A stretch of 35,429 bases of DNA from Candidatus Woesearchaeota archaeon (lineage in GTDB: Archaea > Nanobdellota > Nanobdellia > Woesearchaeales > ARS49): NCBI GenBank assembly GCA_026394935.1, contig JAPLZR010000081.1:4178-39606 (forward strand), in the 5' to 3' direction. Shown in pieces: positions 6,718 through 15,282 of the stretch (positions are counted from its first letter, which is position 1; each line of letters begins with the position of its first letter). The position numbers and the translations under genes were made by a program. The notes under the pieces are model-generated. The model was not told the origin of the DNA, made no database searches, and was given only the letters and a program-made list of their open reading frames with translations.

Positions 6718-8310
6718 ATGATAAACCACAAAACTGACAAGAACGTATTTTCTTTAGAGCAACGTACAGAGAAATCACTGATAGGAAAAGTATTGAACTT
6801 TCCTAAGAAAGTCTTGGCAACAGCAGGCCTTTTGGTTGCATTGTCAGGTATTAACTGCACAGTTGATCCAACATATACTCGTGGCATCGACCCCTTTGAT
6901 ATTCCCCGTGCAGATAGGCGTACGGCTGTTGATTACAAGTGCAAGAACATCGAATCTCTGAAACAATTGTCTGACGGTATTTTGGAATGCACGAGTTTGG
7001 GTGCTACTATTGGTTCTTATAAGGCTCCGGAAGCTCTTCGCAAGGAGGCAGGCGCTCTTGGCAAGGATGCTCAGGAATTATTCTCTATGTTTGAAAAACA
7101 GAACGACCTTGTTGCAAGGTTGAGTTCTTCAAGAATGGCTTATTTGCTTGTTGACAGTTTTGATAGAAACGTTGATTATGATTTGGGTGTCAAGACTGAC
7201 CCTGCTGAACTTGAAAATGTTAAGAAAGACCTTGCTGCTTTGCAGGAGTCTATTAAGAATTTGGATTTTGAAAAGCGCCAGAAGTTTTTGTCTGCTTTCA
7301 AGCGTGTTAAGTCTAAAGATGAATTTGAACGCATGTTGAAGTTTAACAGGGAAGGTCTCGACGATGTAGACCGTATGTTAAGGGCTACGGCTGATATAGA
7401 GACAATCGAAGGCTATCTCGGTCTTGTGGACAGCGCAAATCACATTAGTGCTGAAATTTTGAAGTCCCAGACCGGTTTTGACCAGTACGGTAAAGCTAAG
7501 GGTGAGGGAAGGTTTGTTTTGGACGAATTGCTCGGCCAGAAAGTTACTGATATTATTACTGAAAAAAGCGTTTTTGCTGATGTTTACAAGGATCCTCAGG
7601 ATCTTGTAGGTAAAAGCTTGAGAAGCGTTTATGAGGAATTGCTTGGCCAGATTGAATTGGAAGCAAGGGAATCAAGCCCTGAAAGCATGCACAGGATTTG
7701 CAACAAGTATCTTGCTGCTGCTTTGAGTATGGCTTGCGAAGCTCATAAGGTCGAGTATTCAGATCCTAAGACAAAGACCAGTGGTCGTTTGATTAGCGAT
7801 GAGCAGTATCAGGCAATCGTAAGGATTATGGTTGATGATGCTCTCTCTGCATTTGAGAAATCTGGAAAACAAGCTCATGATGGCAGCGTCAGTCTTGGTA
7901 AGATTTTGGAATCAATACTTCCGTTGTACAGCTTTGCTGTTCCTTTTGATGTTGGAAGGACTGCTTTGAGCAGGGACCACAAGTCTCCTGAACAAGAAGT
8001 TCCTTCTCTTGCAATGCGCGAGATGCTTGCTTACGGCAACCGCATCAATAATGGTTTTATGACTAGAGATAATTTTGTAGGAAGTGCTCACGGCAGGCGT
8101 GCTGAATTCTATTCTGCTATTGCGTCAAGCCTTGCTCAGGCAGGTGTTGTTGCAGGTAGCGCAGCTTACAATATTGCTGGCATTCATTCAATGTTATACA
8201 CTGCTTTCCCTAAGACATTCCCTCAGTTGGGTCCTGAGAAAACGCAGCATTACAATCCTGTTACGCAGGGCGGAGAAGAAGGAGGTCCTGACATAGGTCC
8301 TAAAAAATGA
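6718..8310 (+). CDS. Membrane-anchored or secreted hypothetical protein, coupled to the giant surface-protein gene
   Basis: The ORF opens at GTG 6706; ATG 6718 fits the promoter position better. An N-terminal hydrophobic segment (VLATAGLLVALSGINC) and a C-terminal hydrophobic stretch are present. Its stop overlaps the next start (ATGA at 8307-8310). Confidence 0.75.
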   Translation: MINHKTDKNVFSLEQRTEKSLIGKVLNFPKKVLATAGLLVALSGINCTVDPTYTRGIDPFDIPRADRRTAVDYKCKNIESLKQLSDGILECTSLGATIGSYKAPEALRKEAGALGKDAQELFSMFEKQNDLVARLSSSRMAYLLVDSFDRNVDYDLGVKTDPAELENVKKDLAALQESIKNLDFEKRQKFLSAFKRVKSKDEFERMLKFNREGLDDVDRMLRATADIETIEGYLGLVDSANHISAEILKSQTGFDQYGKAKGEGRFVLDELLGQKVTDIITEKSVFADVYKDPQDLVGKSLRSVYEELLGQIELEARESSPESMHRICNKYLAAALSMACEAHKVEYSDPKTKTSGRLISDEQYQAIVRIMVDDALSAFEKSGKQAHDGSVSLGKILESILPLYSFAVPFDVGRTALSRDHKSPEQEVPSLAMREMLAYGNRINNGFMTRDNFVGSAHGRRAEFYSAIASSLAQAGVVAGSAAYNIAGIHSMLYTAFPKTFPQLGPEKTQHYNPVTQGGEEGGPDIGPKK

Positions 8311-11300
8311 AAAAGTTACTATTAGCGATTTTGGTATTATTGGCGATTCCAATCGTCAGTGCTTATGTTGATGTTACTTACATTGCTGACCAGGCTAACG
8401 TTAATGCTACGGCTTACAATTGCCTTGATGCAACTTGTGACAGTGTTGGTCCTTTCTCAGGTCAGATTATAAAAGGTCCTTATGCTGCTGATGGCAGGAT
8501 TGTTGTTCGTTATCCTGATGTCAGGAACACTTTTGATTATGCTGTATTTTTTGTAAGCAAGGGATACAGGCCTTATGTAGTTAAAGCCAGTTGGAATACT
8601 GCTGGAGTTCCAGGCGCTGGTGCTCCTGTTTCATCTAATGTTTACTTTACCAAGTACCCGGTTGTTTGCCGTGCTACTGTAAGCGAGCTGAATTTTGTTA
8701 ATGAATTGCAGCCGAACATTCCTTTGGTTGTTAATACTAATGCAAAGCTTGACGCAAGTACTGCAAGCGCTTTCCAGTTTGTTGCTAACAAGGTTGGATT
8801 TATTCCTCCTCAGTTCATGCAGGAATTTTATGGTGCTGATACTATTGTCAAGATTGAAGTTTTGAAGAACAATGTTGTTGTTCACAATCAACAGAGGGAA
8901 TTCAGTGCTGTTAAAGGCAATTCTTTGATTGCTGAAAGCTCTGTTCCTGTAAGCTTTACTTATCTTCCTGCTGAAACAGGAAACTTTTTGGTTCGTGTTA
9001 CTGCACAAATCGTGGATGACCAGTGCGACCGTTATGAAGATTCTAATGCTCAGGGCGCGTTTACTGTTTTGCAGTCTGCTCCTCAGAGCCAGTTCTATAC
9101 TATACTTAACCAGCTGACTGTTAATGATACTTATCCAAGGATTGGTCAGACTGTTTTGGTTTCTTATAACAAGATTACAAACCACGCAGATGGTGTTACA
9201 GGTCCGTATACGCCTGTTCAGACAGATATTGAATACGTTGTCAAGAACGGTGCAACAACTGTTTTCAGCAAAACTGAGACCTTGTTCGCAAACCCGGACT
9301 CTATAGCGCCTGTTACATACTCGTTTGTTTTTACTCCAACAACTGCAGGTGTTTATACTGTTACAGTTAAAGGCAAGGCAAATTCTGCTTTGACTACAAC
9401 TAATGCAGAGATTACTGATGAAGAGAGTTTGCAGTTGAATGTTTTGGGAGATCTTTCCTATAATGTCTATTTTAATGTAAGAAGTTCTGCAGACGGCAAT
9501 GGTATTGGTGCTGCTTCTGTGGCTTTGGGCAGTTTTGAAGCTAAGGCAACAGATGCTCAGGGTCAGGTTGTTTTTGACTCAATTCCTGAGGGAACTTACA
9601 CTTATACTATTAGCGCATCTAACTTTGGTTCAAAGAGGGGCTCTGTTGATGTGACTTCAGACAAAACTATTGCTGTAGTCTTGCATCCTGGTGCTAATGA
9701 ATCAGAAGCTAACATGCCTCCTTGGATGAATTTGCCTGACAGCATTCAGTTCCAGGCAGGTACTTCAAGTTCGTTTAATTATCATACTTATGTTCGTGAT
9801 GAGCAGGATTCTGACAGCGACCTTGTTTTGAGTGTTACTGGCGGAAATTCAACTGTTGAAGTTGTAATTGACCAGCTTTCTGGCTTGGTTACATTCAGCG
9901 CTCCTGCTTCATTTACTGGTCAGGAAACCATATCCTTCATGTTGAAGGATACTCAGGGTGCTACTGCTAGAGATCGTGTTGTTGTTAACGTTCAGTCTTA
10001 TGCTGAAGCTCCTAATAGTTTGGCTTTGGATGAAGCAACAGTTACTATTAATGAAGATTCTACTGCTGTGAGATATTTGAACTTGAGAGACTACGTCTCT
10101 GACGCAGATACTCCTGTTGAGAATCTTGTTTTCAATGTTATTTCAGTCACTCCAAGCTCTCTTGCAACTGCTCGTGTTGAGGACAAGTATTTGTCTGTTT
10201 ACCCGAAGCAGGACCAGAATGGCAATGGCGTGATTAACGTCAGTGTTACAGATGGCAGTGTTATTGCTTATTCAAGCATTGATTTGAGTGTTACTCCTGT
10301 TAACGATGCTCCTGTTGTTATTTCAACTCCAAGCATACACATTAATGAGAGTACTACTTTTGTTTTGAACTTGTCAACTGTCTTTAAGGATGTTGATGAT
10401 GTTTCATTGACTTACACTGTTACTCCGACGTTGAATGTTGGCTTTATGATTGACAATGCAGCTCCAAGTTTGACCATTATGCCTGAATTTAATATTAATG
10501 GTACAAGAACTTTCAATGTTACTGCTACTGACCCTGGAAGGCTTTCAGCAAAGGTTACTGCGCAATTATTCCTTGGCTTTGTTGATGATGCGCCGTTCTT
10601 TAATTCAGTGATTCCAAATATTAATACTTACGAGGAAGTGCCTAACAGCATTGACTTGACTCCTTTCGAGAATGATCCTGAGGAAGGTCCTGGTGCTAAT
10701 GGCAACACTTTGAATTGGAAGATGCAGTTTGCAAACCAGAGCAATATGACTCCGGTTAATGTTTTGAGCAATGCTTTGTTCACTGCAACTCTTAACTCAA
10801 CCACAGATTACTTGCTTGTAGTTCCTAAAGCAAATGCAACTGGTAGTGATAATATTACTTTGTACTTGTTTGACGGCACTGGCAGGAATGCGTCGCAGAA
10901 CATCAGTATTACAATATTGAACGTTAACGATGCTCCTGTATTTGTTAACTTGTCTGACAAGACTGGCGAAGCAGGTATTGTGTTCACCTATCAGGTTAAT
11001 GCGACTGATGTTGATCCGACAAATGATACTTTGACTTTCAGCCTTGTTAATGTGACTCCTGCTCTTTCAGGATTTGCGATTAACAGCTCTGGAATGATTA
11101 ATTTCACTCCGTCAGCTAATGGCTTGTTCAATGTTACTTTGTCTGTCTGCGATAACTTCAATGCGTGCACTAACGGAACTTTCAAGTTGAACTTGAGCGA
11201 TATTTCAGCTCCTGTTGCTGCTAATGAAGTCACTCCTGCAAACCCGAGCATTTACGTTTTCAATGCGAGCTATACTTGGGGTATTAACTGGACTGACAAC

Positions 11301-14045
11301 GTGAATGTTTCAAATGTCACTTTCCAGCTTAGTGGAACTAATTATACTAACGTGACTCAGAACAGTACGTTCTACAATATTACATTGCAGAATCTTGCTG
11401 CTGGCAATTATACTTACAGATGGTTTGCTCGTGATTCAGCTAATAACCTGAACAGCACAAACTCATCTAACTTTACTATTTTGCCTGCTAACAGCTCATT
11501 GAATTTGACTTTGAACGGTACTGCTGGCAACATTTCAGTTGCTCAGAACAGTGTTGTTCCTATTGTTGCAAACTTGACAAGCAATACCGGCAATGTTTCA
11601 TTGTACAGAAATGGTGCTTTGATTGGTAGTGGTGCTTCACCTTTGAGTGTTAACCAGACTTTCAATGCTTCAGGACCGTACAATATAACTGCGACATATG
11701 CAGGAAACCAGAATTACACTGCTGCTTCAACTACATACTTTGTTAATGTTCAGGATACAACTGCGCCTTCATTTGGCTCTCAGTTGGTAAGTCCTTTGTC
11801 GCCTGCTACGTATACTTCATTGTACACGTTTGGCGTTGTTGTTACAGACAATGTTGCTGTTGGCACTGTGAAGCTTGAATTGGACAATTCAACTAATTCA
11901 ACTGCAACACAAGTTGGCAATTCAAGCACTTATCAGGTCAACTTAACATCTTTGACAGTTGGCAACCACACTTACAAATGGTTTGCGAATGATACTTCAA
12001 ATAACTTGAACAGCACTTCAAGCGCTAATTATACAGTTACTCAGGGCACTCCTGTTATTGATTTGTTAATTAACGGTGTTGCTGGAAACGTTACTGCTCA
12101 GGCTGGAAACATATCAATGCTTGCTAACGTTACCAATCCTGCAGGTGGTTTTGTAAACTTGTATGTGAACGGAACTCAGGTAACTAACGGAACGTCTCCG
12201 TTGAATTACAGCAACTTGTTTAACGGTACTGCATCATTTACTATTCCGATTACTGCAATCTTCCCAGGCAACACTAACGTGTCTGCTGGTCAGATTACAA
12301 GGTATTTGACTGTTGTGCCTACTATAGCGATAACAAACATTAGTCCTGCGAGTGGCGCTTCATTTAATTACAGTAATTTCCAGATGAACGTTACTACATC
12401 TGCAGTTACAACCTGCAGTTGGGACTTTAATGACGTTGCTCAGGGTAATATGGGTCATAATTTCACGACTTCAGATGGTTTGAATCATGTTGCAAACATT
12501 ACTGGTTTGACTCTTGGTTCAAAAAATGTTTCTGTTGCGTGCAACAGCCAGAACTCTGCTCAGAATACTGATTTGACGTACAGTGTGCAGAACATATTGG
12601 ACGGAAGCACTTTGGTTGGCACTAACACGATTAACAGCACTATTATGAAGTCTAGCACGATTAATGCCAGCACTCTTTTGAGTGATGTTGGTTTTAGCAA
12701 CACGTTGACAAACGTTACTGCTTCAAACTCAACTATTGACAATTCAGTGTTGACCAACTGTGTCATCAGCAATGCGACTGTTTTGACTATTAATGCTTCA
12801 AACTGCAATTTGGCTAATGGTTTCTATGATCCGAGTGATTTGACTGGAAGCAATATTCAGTCAAGCAATGTAAGGAACAGCAATGTTACTTACAGCACTG
12901 TTTCAAACAGTTCGATAACTGGCAGTAATATTTTCAATTCAACAATATCTGGAAGCACAATTGTAAACAGTACTTTCAGCAACGCTAACGTTACAAACGC
13001 AAACATCACAAACAACGTGATTTACAGTGGTACGATAACTGTTGGCAGTTATCCTCCTTACAATGCATCTCAAAATGGTACTGCGAACTTGTCTCAGATA
13101 GTTCCTGTTGCTCCTGTTGCAAGCTTTACAATAAGCAGCACCAGAACTCCTGGAAGTACTTTGACGTTCACAAGTACAAGCACTGATGCTAATATTCCTG
13201 GTCCTTTGAATGATTCTTTGTTATACAATTGGACTTTCAGTGATAATAGCACTAATACATCTGCAAATGTTTCAAAGACTTATGCAAATATTGGTAGTTA
13301 CAATATAACTTTGACAGTGACTGACAGCTTTAGTCTTTCAAGCAATACTTCACAGACATTTAATATTGCAACAACGCCAACAACGCCTGATGTACAACCA
13401 TCTTCATCTCCAGGCCGCCATGGAGGACCCGGGGGGGGTAGTGGCGGTGTTAGTAGGATAGCTCTTACTGACGCGCCATTGGCTAAAGTCGTGTTCATCG
13501 GTCAGCCTTTGCAGTTTAGCAAGGACACGAAGCCTCTTCAGTTGCCTATGCTTATGCGCAGGGCAGATATGACTGCTGGTACAACTGAGTGGGTTTTGAA
13601 TGGTGTTTTCTACACTATCAAGAAAGGAGAGCACAAGCTCTTTGATTTGAGCAAGGATGGTGTTGCTGATCTTGATTTGGCGATTACTGATGTCAGCAGG
13701 ACTACTGCTAATATTGTGGTTAAGAATGCAGGTGCTCCTGAGGCTGTTGTTGCGCCTTTGTTGCCTTTGTTTAACTTTACTGCAACGCCTAAGGTTACGC
13801 CTAAGGTTGAGCCTGTTGTTCCTGTAGTTCCTATTGTTGAAGAGCCTAAGGCTGACGAGAAGATTGTTCCTGTTCAGGCTGAAGTTAAGGATGGCTTGTT
13901 TACAAGGTTGGGCAGGGCTTTGAAGGACTTGTTCACGTTTGAACTGTCTGCGAAGTCAACTGCAGTGAAGGTCGGCATCGTCGTAGGCGTTGTTGTGATA
14001 GGCCTTTCATCTTATCTCATCTTTGTTAGATGGGAAAGTTTTTAA
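8307..14045 (+). CDS. Giant (1,912 aa) multidomain surface protein, adhesin or S-layer-like
   Basis: Signal peptide MKKLLLAILVLLAIPIVSA. CarboxypepD_reg-like segment (~9459-9685). Cadherin-like repeats marked by VNDAPV, VDDAPF and VNDAPV (~9700-11220). A duplicated two-domain module of about 190 aa that is very rich in N-x-S/T (~11203-12320). Pentapeptide-type repeats (~12600-13040). PKD-like domain (~13110-13370). Gly-rich linker. C-terminal TM anchor VKVGIVVGVVVIGLSSYLIFV. Confidence 0.9.
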   Translation: MKKLLLAILVLLAIPIVSAYVDVTYIADQANVNATAYNCLDATCDSVGPFSGQIIKGPYAADGRIVVRYPDVRNTFDYAVFFVSKGYRPYVVKASWNTAGVPGAGAPVSSNVYFTKYPVVCRATVSELNFVNELQPNIPLVVNTNAKLDASTASAFQFVANKVGFIPPQFMQEFYGADTIVKIEVLKNNVVVHNQQREFSAVKGNSLIAESSVPVSFTYLPAETGNFLVRVTAQIVDDQCDRYEDSNAQGAFTVLQSAPQSQFYTILNQLTVNDTYPRIGQTVLVSYNKITNHADGVTGPYTPVQTDIEYVVKNGATTVFSKTETLFANPDSIAPVTYSFVFTPTTAGVYTVTVKGKANSALTTTNAEITDEESLQLNVLGDLSYNVYFNVRSSADGNGIGAASVALGSFEAKATDAQGQVVFDSIPEGTYTYTISASNFGSKRGSVDVTSDKTIAVVLHPGANESEANMPPWMNLPDSIQFQAGTSSSFNYHTYVRDEQDSDSDLVLSVTGGNSTVEVVIDQLSGLVTFSAPASFTGQETISFMLKDTQGATARDRVVVNVQSYAEAPNSLALDEATVTINEDSTAVRYLNLRDYVSDADTPVENLVFNVISVTPSSLATARVEDKYLSVYPKQDQNGNGVINVSVTDGSVIAYSSIDLSVTPVNDAPVVISTPSIHINESTTFVLNLSTVFKDVDDVSLTYTVTPTLNVGFMIDNAAPSLTIMPEFNINGTRTFNVTATDPGRLSAKVTAQLFLGFVDDAPFFNSVIPNINTYEEVPNSIDLTPFENDPEEGPGANGNTLNWKMQFANQSNMTPVNVLSNALFTATLNSTTDYLLVVPKANATGSDNITLYLFDGTGRNASQNISITILNVNDAPVFVNLSDKTGEAGIVFTYQVNATDVDPTNDTLTFSLVNVTPALSGFAINSSGMINFTPSANGLFNVTLSVCDNFNACTNGTFKLNLSDISAPVAANEVTPANPSIYVFNASYTWGINWTDNVNVSNVTFQLSGTNYTNVTQNSTFYNITLQNLAAGNYTYRWFARDSANNLNSTNSSNFTILPANSSLNLTLNGTAGNISVAQNSVVPIVANLTSNTGNVSLYRNGALIGSGASPLSVNQTFNASGPYNITATYAGNQNYTAASTTYFVNVQDTTAPSFGSQLVSPLSPATYTSLYTFGVVVTDNVAVGTVKLELDNSTNSTATQVGNSSTYQVNLTSLTVGNHTYKWFANDTSNNLNSTSSANYTVTQGTPVIDLLINGVAGNVTAQAGNISMLANVTNPAGGFVNLYVNGTQVTNGTSPLNYSNLFNGTASFTIPITAIFPGNTNVSAGQITRYLTVVPTIAITNISPASGASFNYSNFQMNVTTSAVTTCSWDFNDVAQGNMGHNFTTSDGLNHVANITGLTLGSKNVSVACNSQNSAQNTDLTYSVQNILDGSTLVGTNTINSTIMKSSTINASTLLSDVGFSNTLTNVTASNSTIDNSVLTNCVISNATVLTINASNCNLANGFYDPSDLTGSNIQSSNVRNSNVTYSTVSNSSITGSNIFNSTISGSTIVNSTFSNANVTNANITNNVIYSGTITVGSYPPYNASQNGTANLSQIVPVAPVASFTISSTRTPGSTLTFTSTSTDANIPGPLNDSLLYNWTFSDNSTNTSANVSKTYANIGSYNITLTVTDSFSLSSNTSQTFNIATTPTTPDVQPSSSPGRHGGPGGGSGGVSRIALTDAPLAKVVFIGQPLQFSKDTKPLQLPMLMRRADMTAGTTEWVLNGVFYTIKKGEHKLFDLSKDGVADLDLAITDVSRTTANIVVKNAGAPEAVVAPLLPLFNFTATPKVTPKVEPVVPVVPIVEEPKADEKIVPVQAEVKDGLFTRLGRALKDLFTFELSAKSTAVKVGIVVGVVVIGLSSYLIFVRWESF

Positions 14046-14107
14046 TTTTTTGTAATTTCTTGACGTTCTTATTTTTTAAGAAAATTTAATATATTTCAAG
14101 GTATTTA

Positions 14108-14461
14108 ATGACTATGATGACGCCAGAAGCACCAGCACAGAAAGTGTATGAGATTGGGGTTCCTCAGTTATATGCTGGGGAGAGAGAATACGCCTCAATC
14201 GCGACGGTTGTAGACAGAGCCATATCTGAAGGTGCAAGAATTCGCATAGACCTTTCTAAGGCAAGAACCGGTGTGCAAACTGAGTTTTTTGGTGCTCTTT
14301 GGAGTGCTTGTGTTAGGCATTATCCTGTTGAATTTGAAGCCGAACGCGCTGCTAAAGAACAAATTACTCTGATTTTTGAATCAACAACCTCGAAGGCATA
14401 TAGGAAATATCAGCAAAACTTTGATGGTCTTTTTGGTGTTGAAGTGTCTAGTACAGATTAA
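14108..14461 (+). CDS. Hypothetical protein
   Basis: 117 aa, ATG start. A TATA-like AAAATTTAATATATTTC lies about 25 nt upstream. No confident family assignment. Confidence 0.6.
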   Translation: MTMMTPEAPAQKVYEIGVPQLYAGEREYASIATVVDRAISEGARIRIDLSKARTGVQTEFFGALWSACVRHYPVEFEAERAAKEQITLIFESTTSKAYRKYQQNFDGLFGVEVSSTD

Positions 14462-14503
14462 AATGAAGTGCTTGAAGAAAAACAAGCTCGGGTTCTTTGA
14501 GAA

Positions 14504-15016
14504 TTAAGTTTTTGTGTGTTGTTTGGCTGGGCTTATTTCTTTTATGGTTATCGTGTATGGTTCGTAGTCCCAGATGTATTCTGGATTTTTTTTGATGAAT
14601 TCTGTCATGTTCATTTTCGTTAATTCTTTTTCTTGTTCGCTTAGGTATTTGTTGTATTCTTCCTGCGTCATTTTGTCTGTTTTTGGGCAGGCGTCTTTGT
14701 CCCAGCACGCTAGTAGTGTTTTGTCTTTGTTTTTGTTGTTCATGAAGAGGAATGGCCATATTTTGCAGTCAATTGGTCTTATTTCGTAGATTTCGCACAG
14801 GTGTGTTTCTTCGTTTAGGTATGGGCAGGCTAGTATTTTGGGGTGTTTTGTTTTTATCAGTTTTATTTGAAAGATGTTTCTTGAATTTTTAAATGGAAAG
14901 AACGTGTTGTTTTCGTCTTTTATTTTTGTTAGTTCTTCTTGAGTGAATATTGGCGCGTAATACGCGTCTTTTTCTTCAAATTTGCAGCAGTCTTTGCAGG
15001 CTTGGCATTGATTCAT
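14504..15016 (-). CDS. YkgJ-family (CxxCxxCC) cysteine-cluster protein
   Basis: N-terminal CQACKDCC, followed by CPYLNEETHLCEIYEIRPIDCKIWPF. This is the signature layout of PF03692/UPF0153. Confidence 0.8.
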   Translation of the reverse strand: MNQCQACKDCCKFEEKDAYYAPIFTQEELTKIKDENNTFFPFKNSRNIFQIKLIKTKHPKILACPYLNEETHLCEIYEIRPIDCKIWPFLFMNNKNKDKTLLACWDKDACPKTDKMTQEEYNKYLSEQEKELTKMNMTEFIKKNPEYIWDYEPYTITIKEISPAKQHTKT

Positions 15017-15072
15017 GCGTGCTGGGTGTGCTGGTTGGTATAAAAAGGTGGTTGTGTTGTTTTAGAATGAAT

Positions 15073-15276
15073 TTAATTTATCAGTTTTTTGTGTGCATTC
15101 ACAAATGCTTTGATGCTTCTGTCATATGTTTGTTCTGCTTCTGGCGGGAATAGGCACCCAGGTAATTCTCCTCTTTCGCGGTGTTCTCTTATGCATTTGC
15201 AGCACATTCCTCTGTTTGGGCATCCTGGGTATGTGCACGTGCAGTCTTTAAGGTTTATTTCTTTTTGGCATTCCAT
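15073..15276 (-). CDS. Small Cys-rich protein (DUF6485-like)
   Basis: 67 aa with CTCTYPGCPNRGMCCKCIREH...PGC. It starts 7 nt downstream of the radical SAM gene on the same strand. Confidence 0.65.
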   Translation of the reverse strand: MECQKEINLKDCTCTYPGCPNRGMCCKCIREHRERGELPGCLFPPEAEQTYDRSIKAFVNAHKKLIN

Positions 15277-15282
15277 TTTGCA

